Assembly (NCBI GenBank): GCA_963709025.1
Contig: CAVPVE010000022.1
Location: forward strand, 3,509-67,508
Direction: 5' to 3'
Length of the DNA stretch: 64,000 bases
Source of the DNA: an uncultured Acidobacteriaceae bacterium
GTDB lineage: Bacteria; Acidobacteriota; Terriglobia; Terriglobales; Acidobacteriaceae
In this document: one piece after another, positions 9,632 through 20,207 of the stretch
Position numbering within the stretch: position 1 is the stretch's first letter
Layout of the letters: every line of letters starts with the position of its first letter
Program-made: the position numbers and the translations under genes
Notes under the pieces: generated by a model
What the model saw: the letters and a program-made list of their open reading frames with translations, nothing else
Database searches by the model: none
Told to the model about the DNA's origin: nothing

Positions 9632-10014
9632 GACGTTGGCTCTTCGGGGCGCGGTTCATTCGCCGCTCTGGCCTTGGGTTCCGTCGATGCAAGCTTGTTA
9701 TCCGGAGCCAGATTTCCGGTGAGTCGCGCCAACTCTTCGCCGATGTTCTGCTGTTCTTGCTTGGGGAAGTAGCGAATATCAACGACATCGGTGGGCTTGA
9801 AGGCCCACATGAACGCCTGCATCCATGGGACAACGGCCAGAAATCCTAACCATCCCATGGTGTTGATGGCATCGGCGTCGGGGTGCTTGCGCGCGATTGC
9901 GATCCGCCCCGGCAGACCGAGGACTAACACGGCCACAGTGAGAAAGGCGCCGATCAGGGCGAAAATGACCAAGAAGGTCAGGTAGTCCCAGATAGTCAAA
10001 TCAAAACCAAGCAT
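9628..10014 (-). CDS. DUF3302 small membrane protein (YibI-like)
   Basis: Two TM segments with LPGRIAIARKHPDADAINTMGWLG. First gene of the DUF3302-HlyD-OMF operon. Confidence 0.7.
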   Translation of the reverse strand: MLGFDLTIWDYLTFLVIFALIGAFLTVAVLVLGLPGRIAIARKHPDADAINTMGWLGFLAVVPWMQAFMWAFKPTDVVDIRYFPKQEQQNIGEELARLTGNLAPDNKLASTEPKARAANEPRPEEPTS

Positions 10015-10458
10015 AAAGAACTCTCAGTCGCGCTTTTACGAACATCGCGTCGACTAGCATCTATGGGGCTGGCGCGCCATCTGCGCCCTCTTCGCACTGG
10101 ATAACTCGACTCGCGGACGAGGCGCGACCCTCATTTTCAGGAGGGCCACTCCCGGACGGTCTAACGCTACTCGGACTATGCCAGTTTCGAACATTGGCAA
10201 AACTGCCAATCGTGTGGAAGAGCGCCGAACTCGCGGCATTGTTCCTGAGTCAGGTGCGACCCCTTTTTTGGGATCAAGAGGGTATGCGAGGAAAAGGGGC
10301 ACCTTCTCACTCGGCAAGATTCGACTGCACCTCCTGTCAGTTCTCGCAGTGTTGGGACTGGGCGAAACCGAGCTACGATGTTTTTCGCCATCGCCATACG
10401 GAGGCGGTGGTGTTCACCCGGTACGGGTCATACTGAGCAACTTTGTTTTAGGAGGCGA

Positions 10459-12240
10459 ATGCCGTCGCAAGCCTGGGTGACGCTGGGAATTCTGGCGGTG
10501 ATGTTCGGGCTGCTGATATGGAACCGGCTGCCGGCATGGCTTGTATTCGTTGGTACCATCACGGCGGCCATGACCCTGAAGCTGGCATCTCCTGAGGCGC
10601 TGTTGAAAGGCTTCAGCAACACCGGCGTTCTGACCGTTGCGGCGCTGTTCCCAGTGGCTGCGGGGATGTACGCAACGGGAGCGATCTCGCTTCTATCGCA
10701 ACGTCTGATCGGCTTACCAAGGAGCGTGACCGCCGCGCAGATCAGGATTCTTCCGCCCATCGCGCTGGGCAGTGCTTTCCTGAACAATACGCCGCTCGTA
10801 GCGATGATGATTCCGGTAGTGCGCGATCTCACGAGGGTCACCGGACTGCCGCGGTCGAAGCTTTTTATGGGTCTGAGCTTCGCGTCGATTCTGGGCGGCA
10901 CCATGACGACCATCGGGACATCCGTAAACCTGATCATCGTTGGGCTGGTAGGCAATGCGATGGCGTCGGGTCTCCTCACAGGGATGAAGCCGCTGACAAT
11001 CTTCGAACCGATATGGGTGGGCCTGCCAGCAACGGTTGCGGGACTTATTTTCATGATGTTGGTTGGTACACGATTGTTGCCGGTCGACCGGCTGCAAGAG
11101 GTCGTGGGCTCGGCGAAACGAATTTTCCGAGTCGAGCTCCGCGTGCAGCCGCAATCCAACCTGGATGGCAAGACGCTGGACGCCGCAGGGTTCGCCAGGC
11201 CGGAGGGCTACAGCCTGCTGTCTGTCACACGCGGCGGAGCGGCGGTGGAGATCTCCTCGACTCTCAAACTGAGCGGGGGAGACGTGCTGGCTTTTGCCGC
11301 GCCCGCAGGAGTTTTGCCGGGACTTTGGACTACGATCGGGCTGGTTCCGCTATACGGGGACCAGACTTCCGTCCCGCGCTACAGACATCAACTCGTGGAA
11401 GTGGTCGTTTCGCCAAAGTCTCCCGCAGTGGGCCGTTTGATCTCGGAACTTCCTTTGCCAGATAGCCCCTACAACGCTTCAATTGTGGGTGGGTCGCGCC
11501 ACGGCCAGGCGTTGGAGGTTCCCTTGGGAGACTACCGGATACAGGCTGGTGACAGCGGAATTCTGGAAGTGGATGATTCCTTCTTCTATGAGAACCGGCG
11601 CGAGACTGACTTCATTCTGACCAGAGTGATTGAGGGGTTCAGAGTGCAACGGATCGATCGTGCATGGACGGCCGCGGTGATCACGGTGGTGATGGTGGCC
11701 GCTGCCGCGCTAGGGATAACGAGCATGCTGAATGCCGCTCTGCTGGCTACCATGGCGATGCTGCTCTCAGGTTGCCTGCCCATTGAGCGCGCTTGGCGCA
11801 GCCTGGACTGGAAAACGTTGGTCGTGCTGGGGTCGGCGGTGGGTCTGGAGGCAGCCGTCACAGGGAGCGGGCTCTCGCAGGAGGTTGCGAAGCTGTGCGC
11901 CATCATTGGAGGCGGCAACCCGAGGGTATCGCTGGCAGTGGTGTTGGCGGGCACACTGATCATGACCAACATCATTACCAATGCAGCAGCGGCAGCTTTC
12001 ATGTTTCCGGTGGCCCTGTCGATGGCGCAGCGGCTGCACGTAAGTTTTCTGCCGTTCGTCATCATCTTGATGGTGGGAGCTTCGTGCGCTTTCATCAATC
12101 CCGCGGGATTCCAGACGAACCTCATGGTACAGGAGCCTGGCGGATATACCTTCGCAGACTTCGCGAGGGTGGGACTGCCACTTACGGTCGTGGTCGGGGT
12201 CGTGGTTATCGTTATGGCGCCATTGGTCTACGGGTTCTAA
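10459..12240 (+). CDS. SLC13/DASS-family anion permease with two central TrkA-C domains
   Basis: I moved the start to the ATG at 10459 because AGGAGG lies 5 nt upstream. Polytopic halves flank two TrkA-C-like segments (RVELRVQPQSNLDGKTLDAAGF..., HQLVEVVVSPKSPAVGRLISELPLP...). Confidence 0.8.
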   Translation: MPSQAWVTLGILAVMFGLLIWNRLPAWLVFVGTITAAMTLKLASPEALLKGFSNTGVLTVAALFPVAAGMYATGAISLLSQRLIGLPRSVTAAQIRILPPIALGSAFLNNTPLVAMMIPVVRDLTRVTGLPRSKLFMGLSFASILGGTMTTIGTSVNLIIVGLVGNAMASGLLTGMKPLTIFEPIWVGLPATVAGLIFMMLVGTRLLPVDRLQEVVGSAKRIFRVELRVQPQSNLDGKTLDAAGFARPEGYSLLSVTRGGAAVEISSTLKLSGGDVLAFAAPAGVLPGLWTTIGLVPLYGDQTSVPRYRHQLVEVVVSPKSPAVGRLISELPLPDSPYNASIVGGSRHGQALEVPLGDYRIQAGDSGILEVDDSFFYENRRETDFILTRVIEGFRVQRIDRAWTAAVITVVMVAAAALGITSMLNAALLATMAMLLSGCLPIERAWRSLDWKTLVVLGSAVGLEAAVTGSGLSQEVAKLCAIIGGGNPRVSLAVVLAGTLIMTNIITNAAAAAFMFPVALSMAQRLHVSFLPFVIILMVGASCAFINPAGFQTNLMVQEPGGYTFADFARVGLPLTVVVGVVVIVMAPLVYGF

Positions 12241-12516
12241 GCACATCGGTTCAACATTCGCGGTCACACTTGGCACCTCTAACAATAGTCGATACAACAA
12301 ACCCTCCAGGCTAGTTTGTTCCTTCCTTATGCCGCGGCCAAGCGCCTTTTGACCAAAACCTTTTCTTTGCAAATCCGCTCGGCGGTTTTAACGAGCCCTG
12401 TCAGAAATGACAATAGGCACGTGCCCGCGCTCGTGGTGCACTACGAGCGTGATCAGCAAGTGCTTCCGTACAGATTCTCAGCTTCAAATACAAGTCCACC
12501 AAAGAAGGAGTAAATC

Positions 12517-14103
12517 ATGGCAACAAAACAACCGAATATTCTGATCCTTTGGGGCGACGACGTCGGCATCTGGAACATCAGTGCTTTCAGCGATGGCCAG
12601 ATGGGCTATCGCACGCCGAACATCGACCGCGTCCGCAACGAAGGCGTTAAATTCACCGACTACTATGGCCAGCAGAGCTGCACCGCTGGACGCGCAGCAT
12701 TCATCACCGGCCAGAACCCGCTCCGTACCGGCTTGACCAAAGTCGGAATCCCCGGCACCGCCGTCGGATTGCATGCGGAAGACCCGACTATCGCTGAACT
12801 GCTCAAGCCGCTCGGCTACGCCACCGGCCAGTTCGGCAAGAACCATCTCGGCGATCGCAATGAATACTTGCCGACCGTCCACGGATTCGACGAGTTCTTC
12901 GGCAATCTTTATCACCTGAACGCCGAAGAAGAACCAGAACTGCCCGACTATCCGAAGAACCCGGGATTCAAGGAGAAATTTGGACCCCGCGGCGTGCTGC
13001 ATTGCGTGGCGACGGACAAGGACGACCCCACGGTTGATCCCCGTTTCGGACGAGTGGGCAAGCAGATCATTAAGGACACCGGCCCCCTGACCAAGAAGCG
13101 CATGGAAACTGTCGACGAGGAAATCACGGCCGGCGCTCTGGCGTGGATGGAGAAGCAGGTCAAGGCCGACAAGCCTTTCTTCCTCTGGTACAACTCGACG
13201 GCAATGCACGTGAGGACTCACCTCGCCGCCAAGAACCGGGGCAAGAGCGGGCAGGACGATTACAGCGATCGCATGGTCACCCACGACGAGCAAATCGGCC
13301 AGATGCTGGATAAGGTCGATCAGCTGGGCATCGCCGAAAATACCATCGTCATGTATTCCACCGACAATGGTCCCGAGAACGACACTTGGCCCGATGGCGC
13401 CAACACGCCCTACCGCAGCCAGAAGGACACGAACTGGGAAGGTGCCTGGCGCGTTCCGGCGTTCATGCGCTGGCCGGGCAGGATCAAGGCTGGCTCAACC
13501 CTGAACGGCATCGTCTGCCATCAGGACATGCTGCCGACGTTGCTGGCAGCAGCGGGCGAACCGAACATCAATCAGAAGCTGCTCGACGGCTACAAGGCTG
13601 GAGACAAGACCTTCAACGTGCACATCGACGGCTTCAACCAGTTGCCCTATCTCACAGGCCAAGTGAAGGAGAGTCCCAGAGAAGCCTTCTTCTACGTCAG
13701 CGATGACGGCGGCATCATGGCTGTCCGCGTGGGCGACTATAAGCTGGTATTCCAGGAGCAACACGCAGAAAAGATGCGGGTCTGGCAGCAGCCGTTCGTA
13801 CAGCTTCGCCTGCCTGACATCATCCACCTGCGACGCGATCCGTTCGAGCGGGCCCTCGATAACTCGAATACCTACCTCGACTGGATGTTCGATCACATTC
13901 CACAGCTCTATCTGACGCAAGCCGTCGTGGCGGCACAGATTGATGAATACGTGAAGTACCCACCACGCCAGAAGCCAACCTCTTTCAACCTGGATGCAGT
14001 CATGGCGCAATTAGGGCCAGCGATCCAGGCGTATCAGGAAAAGAAGAAGGAATTGGCAGGCAAAGCGCCGGTTGCAGACCATGGTGTTTTGGTTGGCAAA
14101 TGA
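12517..14103 (+). CDS. Arylsulfatase (formylglycine-dependent)
   Basis: NILILWGDDVG..., sulfatase signature [13 protein letters not shown] (C-x-A-x-R), GKNHLGD and YSTDNGPE. Confidence 0.9.
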   Translation: MATKQPNILILWGDDVGIWNISAFSDGQMGYRTPNIDRVRNEGVKFTDYYGQQSCTAGRAAFITGQNPLRTGLTKVGIPGTAVGLHAEDPTIAELLKPLGYATGQFGKNHLGDRNEYLPTVHGFDEFFGNLYHLNAEEEPELPDYPKNPGFKEKFGPRGVLHCVATDKDDPTVDPRFGRVGKQIIKDTGPLTKKRMETVDEEITAGALAWMEKQVKADKPFFLWYNSTAMHVRTHLAAKNRGKSGQDDYSDRMVTHDEQIGQMLDKVDQLGIAENTIVMYSTDNGPENDTWPDGANTPYRSQKDTNWEGAWRVPAFMRWPGRIKAGSTLNGIVCHQDMLPTLLAAAGEPNINQKLLDGYKAGDKTFNVHIDGFNQLPYLTGQVKESPREAFFYVSDDGGIMAVRVGDYKLVFQEQHAEKMRVWQQPFVQLRLPDIIHLRRDPFERALDNSNTYLDWMFDHIPQLYLTQAVVAAQIDEYVKYPPRQKPTSFNLDAVMAQLGPAIQAYQEKKKELAGKAPVADHGVLVGK

Positions 14104-14114
14104 GCTAACGACTG

Positions 14115-14146
14115 TCGAAAGGGAGGTCGAGAGACCTCCCTTTCGA
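14115..14146 (+). terminator. Perfect 14-bp stem hairpin directly after the arylsulfatase stop
   Basis: tcgaaagggaggtc-gaga-gacctccctttcga. No U-tract follows it, so an intrinsic-terminator role is only plausible. Confidence 0.45.
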
Positions 14147-14408
14147 AAACAGCAAGAAAAATAGACAGGCTTCGTTGGCGGACGGCGGATCTGTTGCCCG
14201 CTGATAAAGAAGATAAATTGCAAGGATCGGAGGTGCTAGCAGGCACAGTCTACACGCGCAGGTCGTGTTTCACTTTCCGCGTCGTTGCGGTACGGCACTG
14301 GCGGCAAATTGTGCCCCTCGCCGTGCCCGCCGGTGAAGGGCTTCTGTCAACTGTCGCCTCAAACGTTGCTCTGCGCACGGCAGCGAGCCATCCGAGGAGG
14401 AACCTGAA

Positions 14409-15086
14409 ATGAACCTGCCAAGTTTTCCGAGCGTCGACATGTTCTCCGCCGGCATCAACGCCTTGTACGGCGTGCTCGTCGCCCGCCAACCGTCGCACAA
14501 CCGCGGTTACACTGCCGCCGGACTTTTGATTATGGCCTTTTTCGGCGGTATCGGCGGTGGTGTGACGCGCGACGTCCTGCCGAATGACATCCCTTCGCCT
14601 ATCAGAGACCCGAACTATCTTCTCGTGTGTCTTCTGATGGGTTTGCTGGGGCTCGCGATCTATCGCTGGGCCGACTCAAAGGAGGAGCAGTTCCGCACGC
14701 GGGTCCTCGCCTACTTCAAGTCCTTCACGCTGCCTTGGTTTGCCATTCTGGGCGCTCATAAGGCGCTCGAACACAACCTTGGGCTCTGGAGCGCGATCAT
14801 CATCGGCTTGATTGCTACCACCGCGGGTGGGGTGCTCATCGATCTCTTTTCGGGCGTCACGCCAGAGATCGTGAGGCCGTCGGAGCAACTGGTCACGGCG
14901 GGGGTGCTGGCGAGTTCGGTCTACGTGCTGCTTGCGTCGGCCACGAAAGCGAATCCCCATTTCTTTCCCGTCACCTTGATCGCGGTGCTGATTACGTTCA
15001 CTTTTCGCGTGTTTGCTGTCCGGGATCATTGGCCGTCGATCGTGCCGCTGGACGCACCGGCGGAGGGGCCGCGCGCGGCTGCCTAA
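14409..15086 (+). CDS. TRIC-family cation channel (UPF0126/YadS-like)
   Basis: Two UPF0126 repeats with Gly-rich motifs (FFGGIGGGVTRDVL, TTAGGVLIDLFSG). About seven TM segments. Confidence 0.8.
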   Translation: MNLPSFPSVDMFSAGINALYGVLVARQPSHNRGYTAAGLLIMAFFGGIGGGVTRDVLPNDIPSPIRDPNYLLVCLLMGLLGLAIYRWADSKEEQFRTRVLAYFKSFTLPWFAILGAHKALEHNLGLWSAIIIGLIATTAGGVLIDLFSGVTPEIVRPSEQLVTAGVLASSVYVLLASATKANPHFFPVTLIAVLITFTFRVFAVRDHWPSIVPLDAPAEGPRAAA

Positions 15087-15129
15087 GAGATTTCGAACAA
15101 GAAATGCGTCCGTCGTTCTAACGGTGTAG

Positions 15130-15570
15130 ATGCACTACCAGGGAAGGGATGCTATGGACCACATGTGGGCACGCATAGGAACTCAATTACTCGCCCGTGT
15201 CAGCGGGCCGATGAAGTTCAGACTGGTGCTCCAGCCGTGCATGGCGGCATTCTTCGCGATTCGCTCAGGCCTGGCAGACGCCAAAGCTGGCAAACCGCCA
15301 TATTTCTGGGGACTCTTCTCAGATCCTGCACAACGCGGCGCCATGCTCAAGGATGGGTGGAAGAGTGTAGGCAGGGTATTCATTCTCGCCCTGGTGCTGG
15401 ATGCCGTGTATCAGCTTATTGAGTTGCACTTTGTCTATCCAGGCGAAATGGTTATCGTCGCATTTGTCCTGGCGATCGTCCCCTACTTGATTCTGCGCGG
15501 ACTGACCACGCGTGTGGCTCGAATGAATCAGGTTCGGCACCACGCAAACACTCCGATCCTAAAACACTGA
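15130..15570 (+). CDS. Small membrane protein of unknown function
   Basis: 146-aa ORF. Conserved block FRLVLQPCMAAFFAIRSGLADAKAGKPPYFW, shared with the decayed copy at 33839-34188. Confidence 0.6.
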   Translation: MHYQGRDAMDHMWARIGTQLLARVSGPMKFRLVLQPCMAAFFAIRSGLADAKAGKPPYFWGLFSDPAQRGAMLKDGWKSVGRVFILALVLDAVYQLIELHFVYPGEMVIVAFVLAIVPYLILRGLTTRVARMNQVRHHANTPILKH

Positions 15571-15637
15571 GGTCTTTGTCGCTCCTCACGCCGCCGAACA
15601 CTGATCAAGGCCCAGAGGGGCGGCGGGGGGAGGTAGA

Positions 15638-16633
15638 ATGAAATCCCAAATGGCAGATGAACTTCCCCGACCAAGCGACCCAGTGGGCGGTCCGCCGCAT
15701 CCCGGTATGGCTTGGATAGACGGCGGCGCGTTCAAGATGGGTTCTGACGACTTCTATCCCGAAGAGCGTCCAGTTCACGAAGTTAGCGTGGATGGTTTCT
15801 GGATAGATTGCTACGAGGTCACGAACGAACAATTCGCGCGCTTCGTTGATGAGACTAGCTATAAGACGCTCGCCGAGCGCCCGCTCAATCCTGCCGATTT
15901 CCCTGGCGCCCCTCCTGAGAATCTCGTGCCCGGCTCGATGCTCTTCCACAAAACCGACGGCCCGGTTGACTTACGCGATTACGTCAACTGGTGGGCCTGG
16001 GCGCCGGGGACAAGTTGGCGTCATCCGCTGGGGCCGGGATCCTCGCTCGAGGGTCTTTTGAAACATCCCGCGGTTCACATTGCTTATGAAGACGCCGAAG
16101 CGTACGCACACTGGGTGGGGAAAGAACTGCCGACGGAAGCGGAGTGGGAGTTTGCAGCTCGCGGTGGGCTTGACGGGAAGAAGTATACGTGGGGCGATGA
16201 GCATTCTCCCGGCGGCCAGATCATGGCCAATAGTTGGCAAGGGGAGTTTCCCTGGCAGAATCTGCGCCAGGACGGCTACGAGGGAACCTCTCCGGTCGGA
16301 TCCTTTCCGCCGAACGGTTACGGTTTATACGACATGGCGGGCAATGTCTGGGAATGGACTTGTGATTGGTTTGTCCCGCGCCACGCCGACGAAGTGGTCA
16401 AGGCGTGTTGTGGACCGGCAGTCAATCCTCGCATAGCCTCGCCTGACAAGAGTTACGATCTCGCGCAGGCGCAGTTCCGAATTCCGCGCAAGGTTGTCAA
16501 AGGCGGTTCGCACCTGTGCGCGCCCAACTACTGCTTGCGTTATCGTCCGGCAGCGCGACAGCCACAGATGATCGACACCAGCATGAGCCACATCGGCTTC
16601 CGCTGCATTAACCGCCCGGCACTGACAGACTGA
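15638..16633 (+). CDS. Formylglycine-generating enzyme (SUMF1/FGE family)
   Basis: MAWIDGGAFKMGSDDFYPEERPVHEVSVDGFWID..., GNVWEWTCDW and GGSHLCAPNYCLRYRPAARQPQ. Confidence 0.9.
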   Translation: MKSQMADELPRPSDPVGGPPHPGMAWIDGGAFKMGSDDFYPEERPVHEVSVDGFWIDCYEVTNEQFARFVDETSYKTLAERPLNPADFPGAPPENLVPGSMLFHKTDGPVDLRDYVNWWAWAPGTSWRHPLGPGSSLEGLLKHPAVHIAYEDAEAYAHWVGKELPTEAEWEFAARGGLDGKKYTWGDEHSPGGQIMANSWQGEFPWQNLRQDGYEGTSPVGSFPPNGYGLYDMAGNVWEWTCDWFVPRHADEVVKACCGPAVNPRIASPDKSYDLAQAQFRIPRKVVKGGSHLCAPNYCLRYRPAARQPQMIDTSMSHIGFRCINRPALTD

Positions 16634-16963
16634 AAGGGTAAGAGTCAGTTTCTGGTACGAGGCTACGGCAGTCTCGCCGTGTAGGCCTGATCGCATGCCG
16701 TCTTCTCCTGTTCTGCAGCCAGCGTTTCGACTTTCCCATCCTTTAAACGCTTTTGAGAGCATCTATGCGCTTCAAGCTATGATCCACGAGTCGCGACGAC
16801 ATCGAGAAGGGACTGTCAAAAGCGACAGTTGCCGAGCATTGCACATCGTGATGAAGTCATCGTGAACTCGTACTCCGTTGATAGGACAGGACATCTGCAG
16901 CGGCTTGGTTTGTGGTGCGCTCTCAGTCCGACGATCCATTCGTGAAGGCAGGCTCCTACGGAA

Positions 16964-18814
16964 GTGACGCGACGTCGGCGGATTGGGTTACTCAAATATC
17001 ACCCGGGAAGGGTGTGCCTCTTCGTATGCTCAGTGCTGGCTTGCTGCTTCTCAGTTTTCGCTGCGTCCGATCCTCCAGCACGGTCGACCGAGACGGCTCA
17101 ACCGAAGAACGTGCTGCTGCTCTACAGCTTCTCCGAGCGCACTCTATTTGATCCAGTTGACCACCTCAAGTCGGCAATTCGGTCTCGGCTCAGCTCGCCG
17201 GTGAACTTCTACGTGCATTACATGGAGACGCAAGGAACTGGAGATCCCTACGAAAAAGCCCTGAGCGAGGGCTTGCGCCGCGAGTTCGTTGGCGTAAAGT
17301 TGGACCTGGTGATTGTGGCGGCGTATCCGGCGCTTCGATTCGCCGTGAACTACCGCGATCAGATATTCCCGGGCGTCCCCATCCTCTTCTGTTATGTCAG
17401 CCCCAGCAGGTTCGAGGGGCAGCAGCTATGGCCCGGTGTCACGGGGGTTACTATTTCTGTCGGTGTTCAGGAAACTCTCGAACTCGCTTTTAGACTTCAT
17501 CCAGGCACGCAAAATCTCGCATTCATCTCGGGGACATCCGAATTTGACCAGTATTGGCGGGCGGCGGTTCGCAATGGGTTTCAAAGGTATGCCGGCAAGG
17601 TGAAGCTCATCGAACTCGTGGGACTCCGGAATGATGAAATTCTCAGGCATGTGGCCTCGCTTCCCGCGGCCACCGTGGTTTTGTTTCAAGTGACGCCCAT
17701 GGATTCGACTCAGCCCGCAGTCGGACTCTATGACACCATAGCAGCGATCAGCCAGCGTCTCCCCGCGTACTGCATCTTTGCGAACTACTGCATTGATCAT
17801 GGCGGTGTTGGTGGATCGTATGCTGATTACGACGAGCAAACCCTCAGGACGGGGGAAATGGCGGCGCGCCTGCTTAGGGACGAGAAGCCCGAGTCAATCC
17901 CCGTTGCGCACGGCTCCCCGACGCGCGCTACTGTCGACTGGCGGCAACTTGCTCAGTGGGGCATACCCGAGTCGATCCTTCCGCCCGGCACCATTGTTTT
18001 GTATCGCCAGCCGACGGTCTGGGAACGATACCGGATCTATATTCTCGCCGGCGTCGTGTTAATCATCCTCCAGACCTTGCTGATCGGTGGACTGCTGTTG
18101 CAGCGCGCCCAAAGAAAGTCGGCAATGGAAGATCTCAAAAAAGTTGGAGCTCTTCTGATTCATGCCCAAGACGAAGAACGTGCCACAATCGCCAGGGAAC
18201 TTCACGACGACTTCAGCCAGCGATTGGCACTTCATAGTATTGAACTTACACAGCTAGAGCGCAGGCTCCCCGTGTCACACGTTGAGCAACGCACTCAGGC
18301 ATTGAAAATGCTGGAGGAGACGAAGGAAATGTCTCAGGACATACGTTCTCTCTCTCATCATCTCTATTCCAGCAGGCTGGAGCTGGTCGGTCTCGTCGCC
18401 GCTCTGAGGGGTCTTTGTGAGGACACAACTAAGAATTACAAATGCACGGTCCATTTCACGGGTCCCAACGCTCTTCCTGATCTCACGAAGGACTTGGAAC
18501 TATGTCTGTTCCGAGTCGCACAGGAGGCACTAGCCAATGTCGTTAAGCATAGTCAGGCTAGTAGCGCACACATTGAACTCACTGCCGATGCGAAGGTTCT
18601 CCGGATTCGCATTTTGGATGCGGGCAAAGGCTTTGATCCTGACCTCGACCGTGCCAGAGGTGGAATCGGTCTGATTAGCATGTGCGAGAGGCTTCGGCTT
18701 GTTGGCGGCAAGCTCTTTGTACGTTCAGAACTCATGCGAGGGACTGAAGTTCTCGCCGAGATACCGCTGGCTACCTCCGCGAAGGCAGCGGGCCGCAAAA
18801 CACACGTAGCATGA
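16964..18814 (+). CDS. Sensor histidine kinase, NarL-type (HisKA_3 + HATPase_c), with a periplasmic solute-binding-like domain
   Basis: N-terminal TM, about 330 aa of periplasmic domain, then a second TM. H-box ERATIARELHDDFSQRL. ATPase motifs QEALANVVKHS, DAGKGFDP and GGIGLISMCERL. Confidence 0.85.
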   Translation: MTRRRRIGLLKYHPGRVCLFVCSVLACCFSVFAASDPPARSTETAQPKNVLLLYSFSERTLFDPVDHLKSAIRSRLSSPVNFYVHYMETQGTGDPYEKALSEGLRREFVGVKLDLVIVAAYPALRFAVNYRDQIFPGVPILFCYVSPSRFEGQQLWPGVTGVTISVGVQETLELAFRLHPGTQNLAFISGTSEFDQYWRAAVRNGFQRYAGKVKLIELVGLRNDEILRHVASLPAATVVLFQVTPMDSTQPAVGLYDTIAAISQRLPAYCIFANYCIDHGGVGGSYADYDEQTLRTGEMAARLLRDEKPESIPVAHGSPTRATVDWRQLAQWGIPESILPPGTIVLYRQPTVWERYRIYILAGVVLIILQTLLIGGLLLQRAQRKSAMEDLKKVGALLIHAQDEERATIARELHDDFSQRLALHSIELTQLERRLPVSHVEQRTQALKMLEETKEMSQDIRSLSHHLYSSRLELVGLVAALRGLCEDTTKNYKCTVHFTGPNALPDLTKDLELCLFRVAQEALANVVKHSQASSAHIELTADAKVLRIRILDAGKGFDPDLDRARGGIGLISMCERLRLVGGKLFVRSELMRGTEVLAEIPLATSAKAAGRKTHVA

Positions 18815-18825
18815 GGGAGGGAGAT

Positions 18826-19464
18826 ATGAGTCGCCCACGTGTACTACTGGCAGATGATCATCGGATGTTGATTGATGCGCTACAGAAAGTTCTAGAGCCG
18901 CGGTGCGAAGTTGTGGGCTCAGTGGGCGACGGACGAGAGCTTGTGGATGCCGCAGGCAGATTGCAACCCGACGTTATAGTGCTGGACATTGCCATGCCCC
19001 GACTGAATGGCCTCGACGCCGCCCGAGAACTCAAAGCCAAAATGCCCAAGGTAAAGCTTATTTTCATGACGATGCATGAAGATCCTTACCTCGTGGGAGA
19101 GGCTTTTCGGGCCGGTGGATCGGCATTCCTGTTGAAGGAGGCTGCGGCGTCGGAACTGACTGATGCACTTGACCAGGTCTTGAAGGGCGGCTCCTACGTA
19201 ACGCCTAGCGCCGCCGACGGTTTGAAAAACATCTCTCTGCGCCCCCCCAGGAACCGGGATCATGTCCCGGAACCCACTCCTCGACAGCGGGCAGTCATTC
19301 AACTGCTGGCAGAAGGACGCTCCATGAAGGAAGTAGCTGACGAGCTGAAGATCACCAGCCGAACCGTGGCGGCACACAAGTACGCCGTGATGGAACTCCT
19401 GCAGCTGAAGACCAATGCCGAATTGTTCCAGTACGCTCTCAAACACAGAATCATATCTATCTAG
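18826..19464 (+). CDS. NarL/LuxR-family response regulator
   Basis: REC domain (VLLADDH...DVIVLDIAMP) plus LuxR HTH (TPRQRAVIQLLAEGRSMKEVADELKITSRTV). I chose the ATG at 18826 because GGGAGGGAG precedes it. The track start is 18811. Confidence 0.85.
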   Translation: MSRPRVLLADDHRMLIDALQKVLEPRCEVVGSVGDGRELVDAAGRLQPDVIVLDIAMPRLNGLDAARELKAKMPKVKLIFMTMHEDPYLVGEAFRAGGSAFLLKEAAASELTDALDQVLKGGSYVTPSAADGLKNISLRPPRNRDHVPEPTPRQRAVIQLLAEGRSMKEVADELKITSRTVAAHKYAVMELLQLKTNAELFQYALKHRIISI

Positions 19465-19603
19465 CCTCCTTCACCGACCTCCTTGCACCCCGTTAGTTTT
19501 ACCAATAGAAACCTTCTTCGATCGCGTCCATTCTAGATGGGAAGGATTTTGCTTCACGGCAAAAAAGTGAGCGCCAATCCAAAAGGCACTCTGGAGGCTG
19601 AGT

Positions 19604-20071
19604 ATGCTCCGAAACTGCGACCCGTCGCCAGGAACTGGCGTCCATCATAAGGACGAGTTTCTAGTGCCGCGAATCCGAGTAGTGGTGGCCGATGATCAGC
19701 CGCGCATGTTGGAAGTAGCAGCCGAATTGTTAGGAGAGTCTTTCGAAGTCATTGACTTGGTCTCCGACGGCCGAACTGCTCTGGAGGCAACGCTTAAGCT
19801 GGAGCCCGATCTAGTCGTCTTGGACATCTCGATGCCAGGAATGAACGGGATAGAAGTTGCCAGAGAGCTAAGAAAGAACACCAGTGGGGCCAGGATCGTC
19901 TTCCTCACGATTCATGAGGATGCTCAGATTCTAGCCGATTGTCTTGCTGTCGGTGCACTCGGTTACGTCGTAAAAGAGCTCATGGATAGTGACTTGATTC
20001 CCGCGATGAATGAGGCGCTTGCTGGTCGAGTGTTCGTCTCTCGTTTCTCTTCCGAGAAGACAAGGTCTTAG
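19604..20071 (+). CDS. Single-domain (CheY-like) response regulator
   Basis: RVVVADDQ...DLVVLDISMPGMNGIEV...IVFLTIHED...GYVVK. No output domain. Confidence 0.75.
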   Translation: MLRNCDPSPGTGVHHKDEFLVPRIRVVVADDQPRMLEVAAELLGESFEVIDLVSDGRTALEATLKLEPDLVVLDISMPGMNGIEVARELRKNTSGARIVFLTIHEDAQILADCLAVGALGYVVKELMDSDLIPAMNEALAGRVFVSRFSSEKTRS

Positions 20072-20207
20072 GGACGAGAGAGCGTTGTGAAGTGCGCAGC
20101 AGGGTGTTAATTCTGACAGTTACATTCCGGAAACGATGATCTGAGAATCGAGACGATGTGCAACAGCATTTTGCACGACTCGGTGATGCGTCACAAAAGG
20201 AGAAGTT

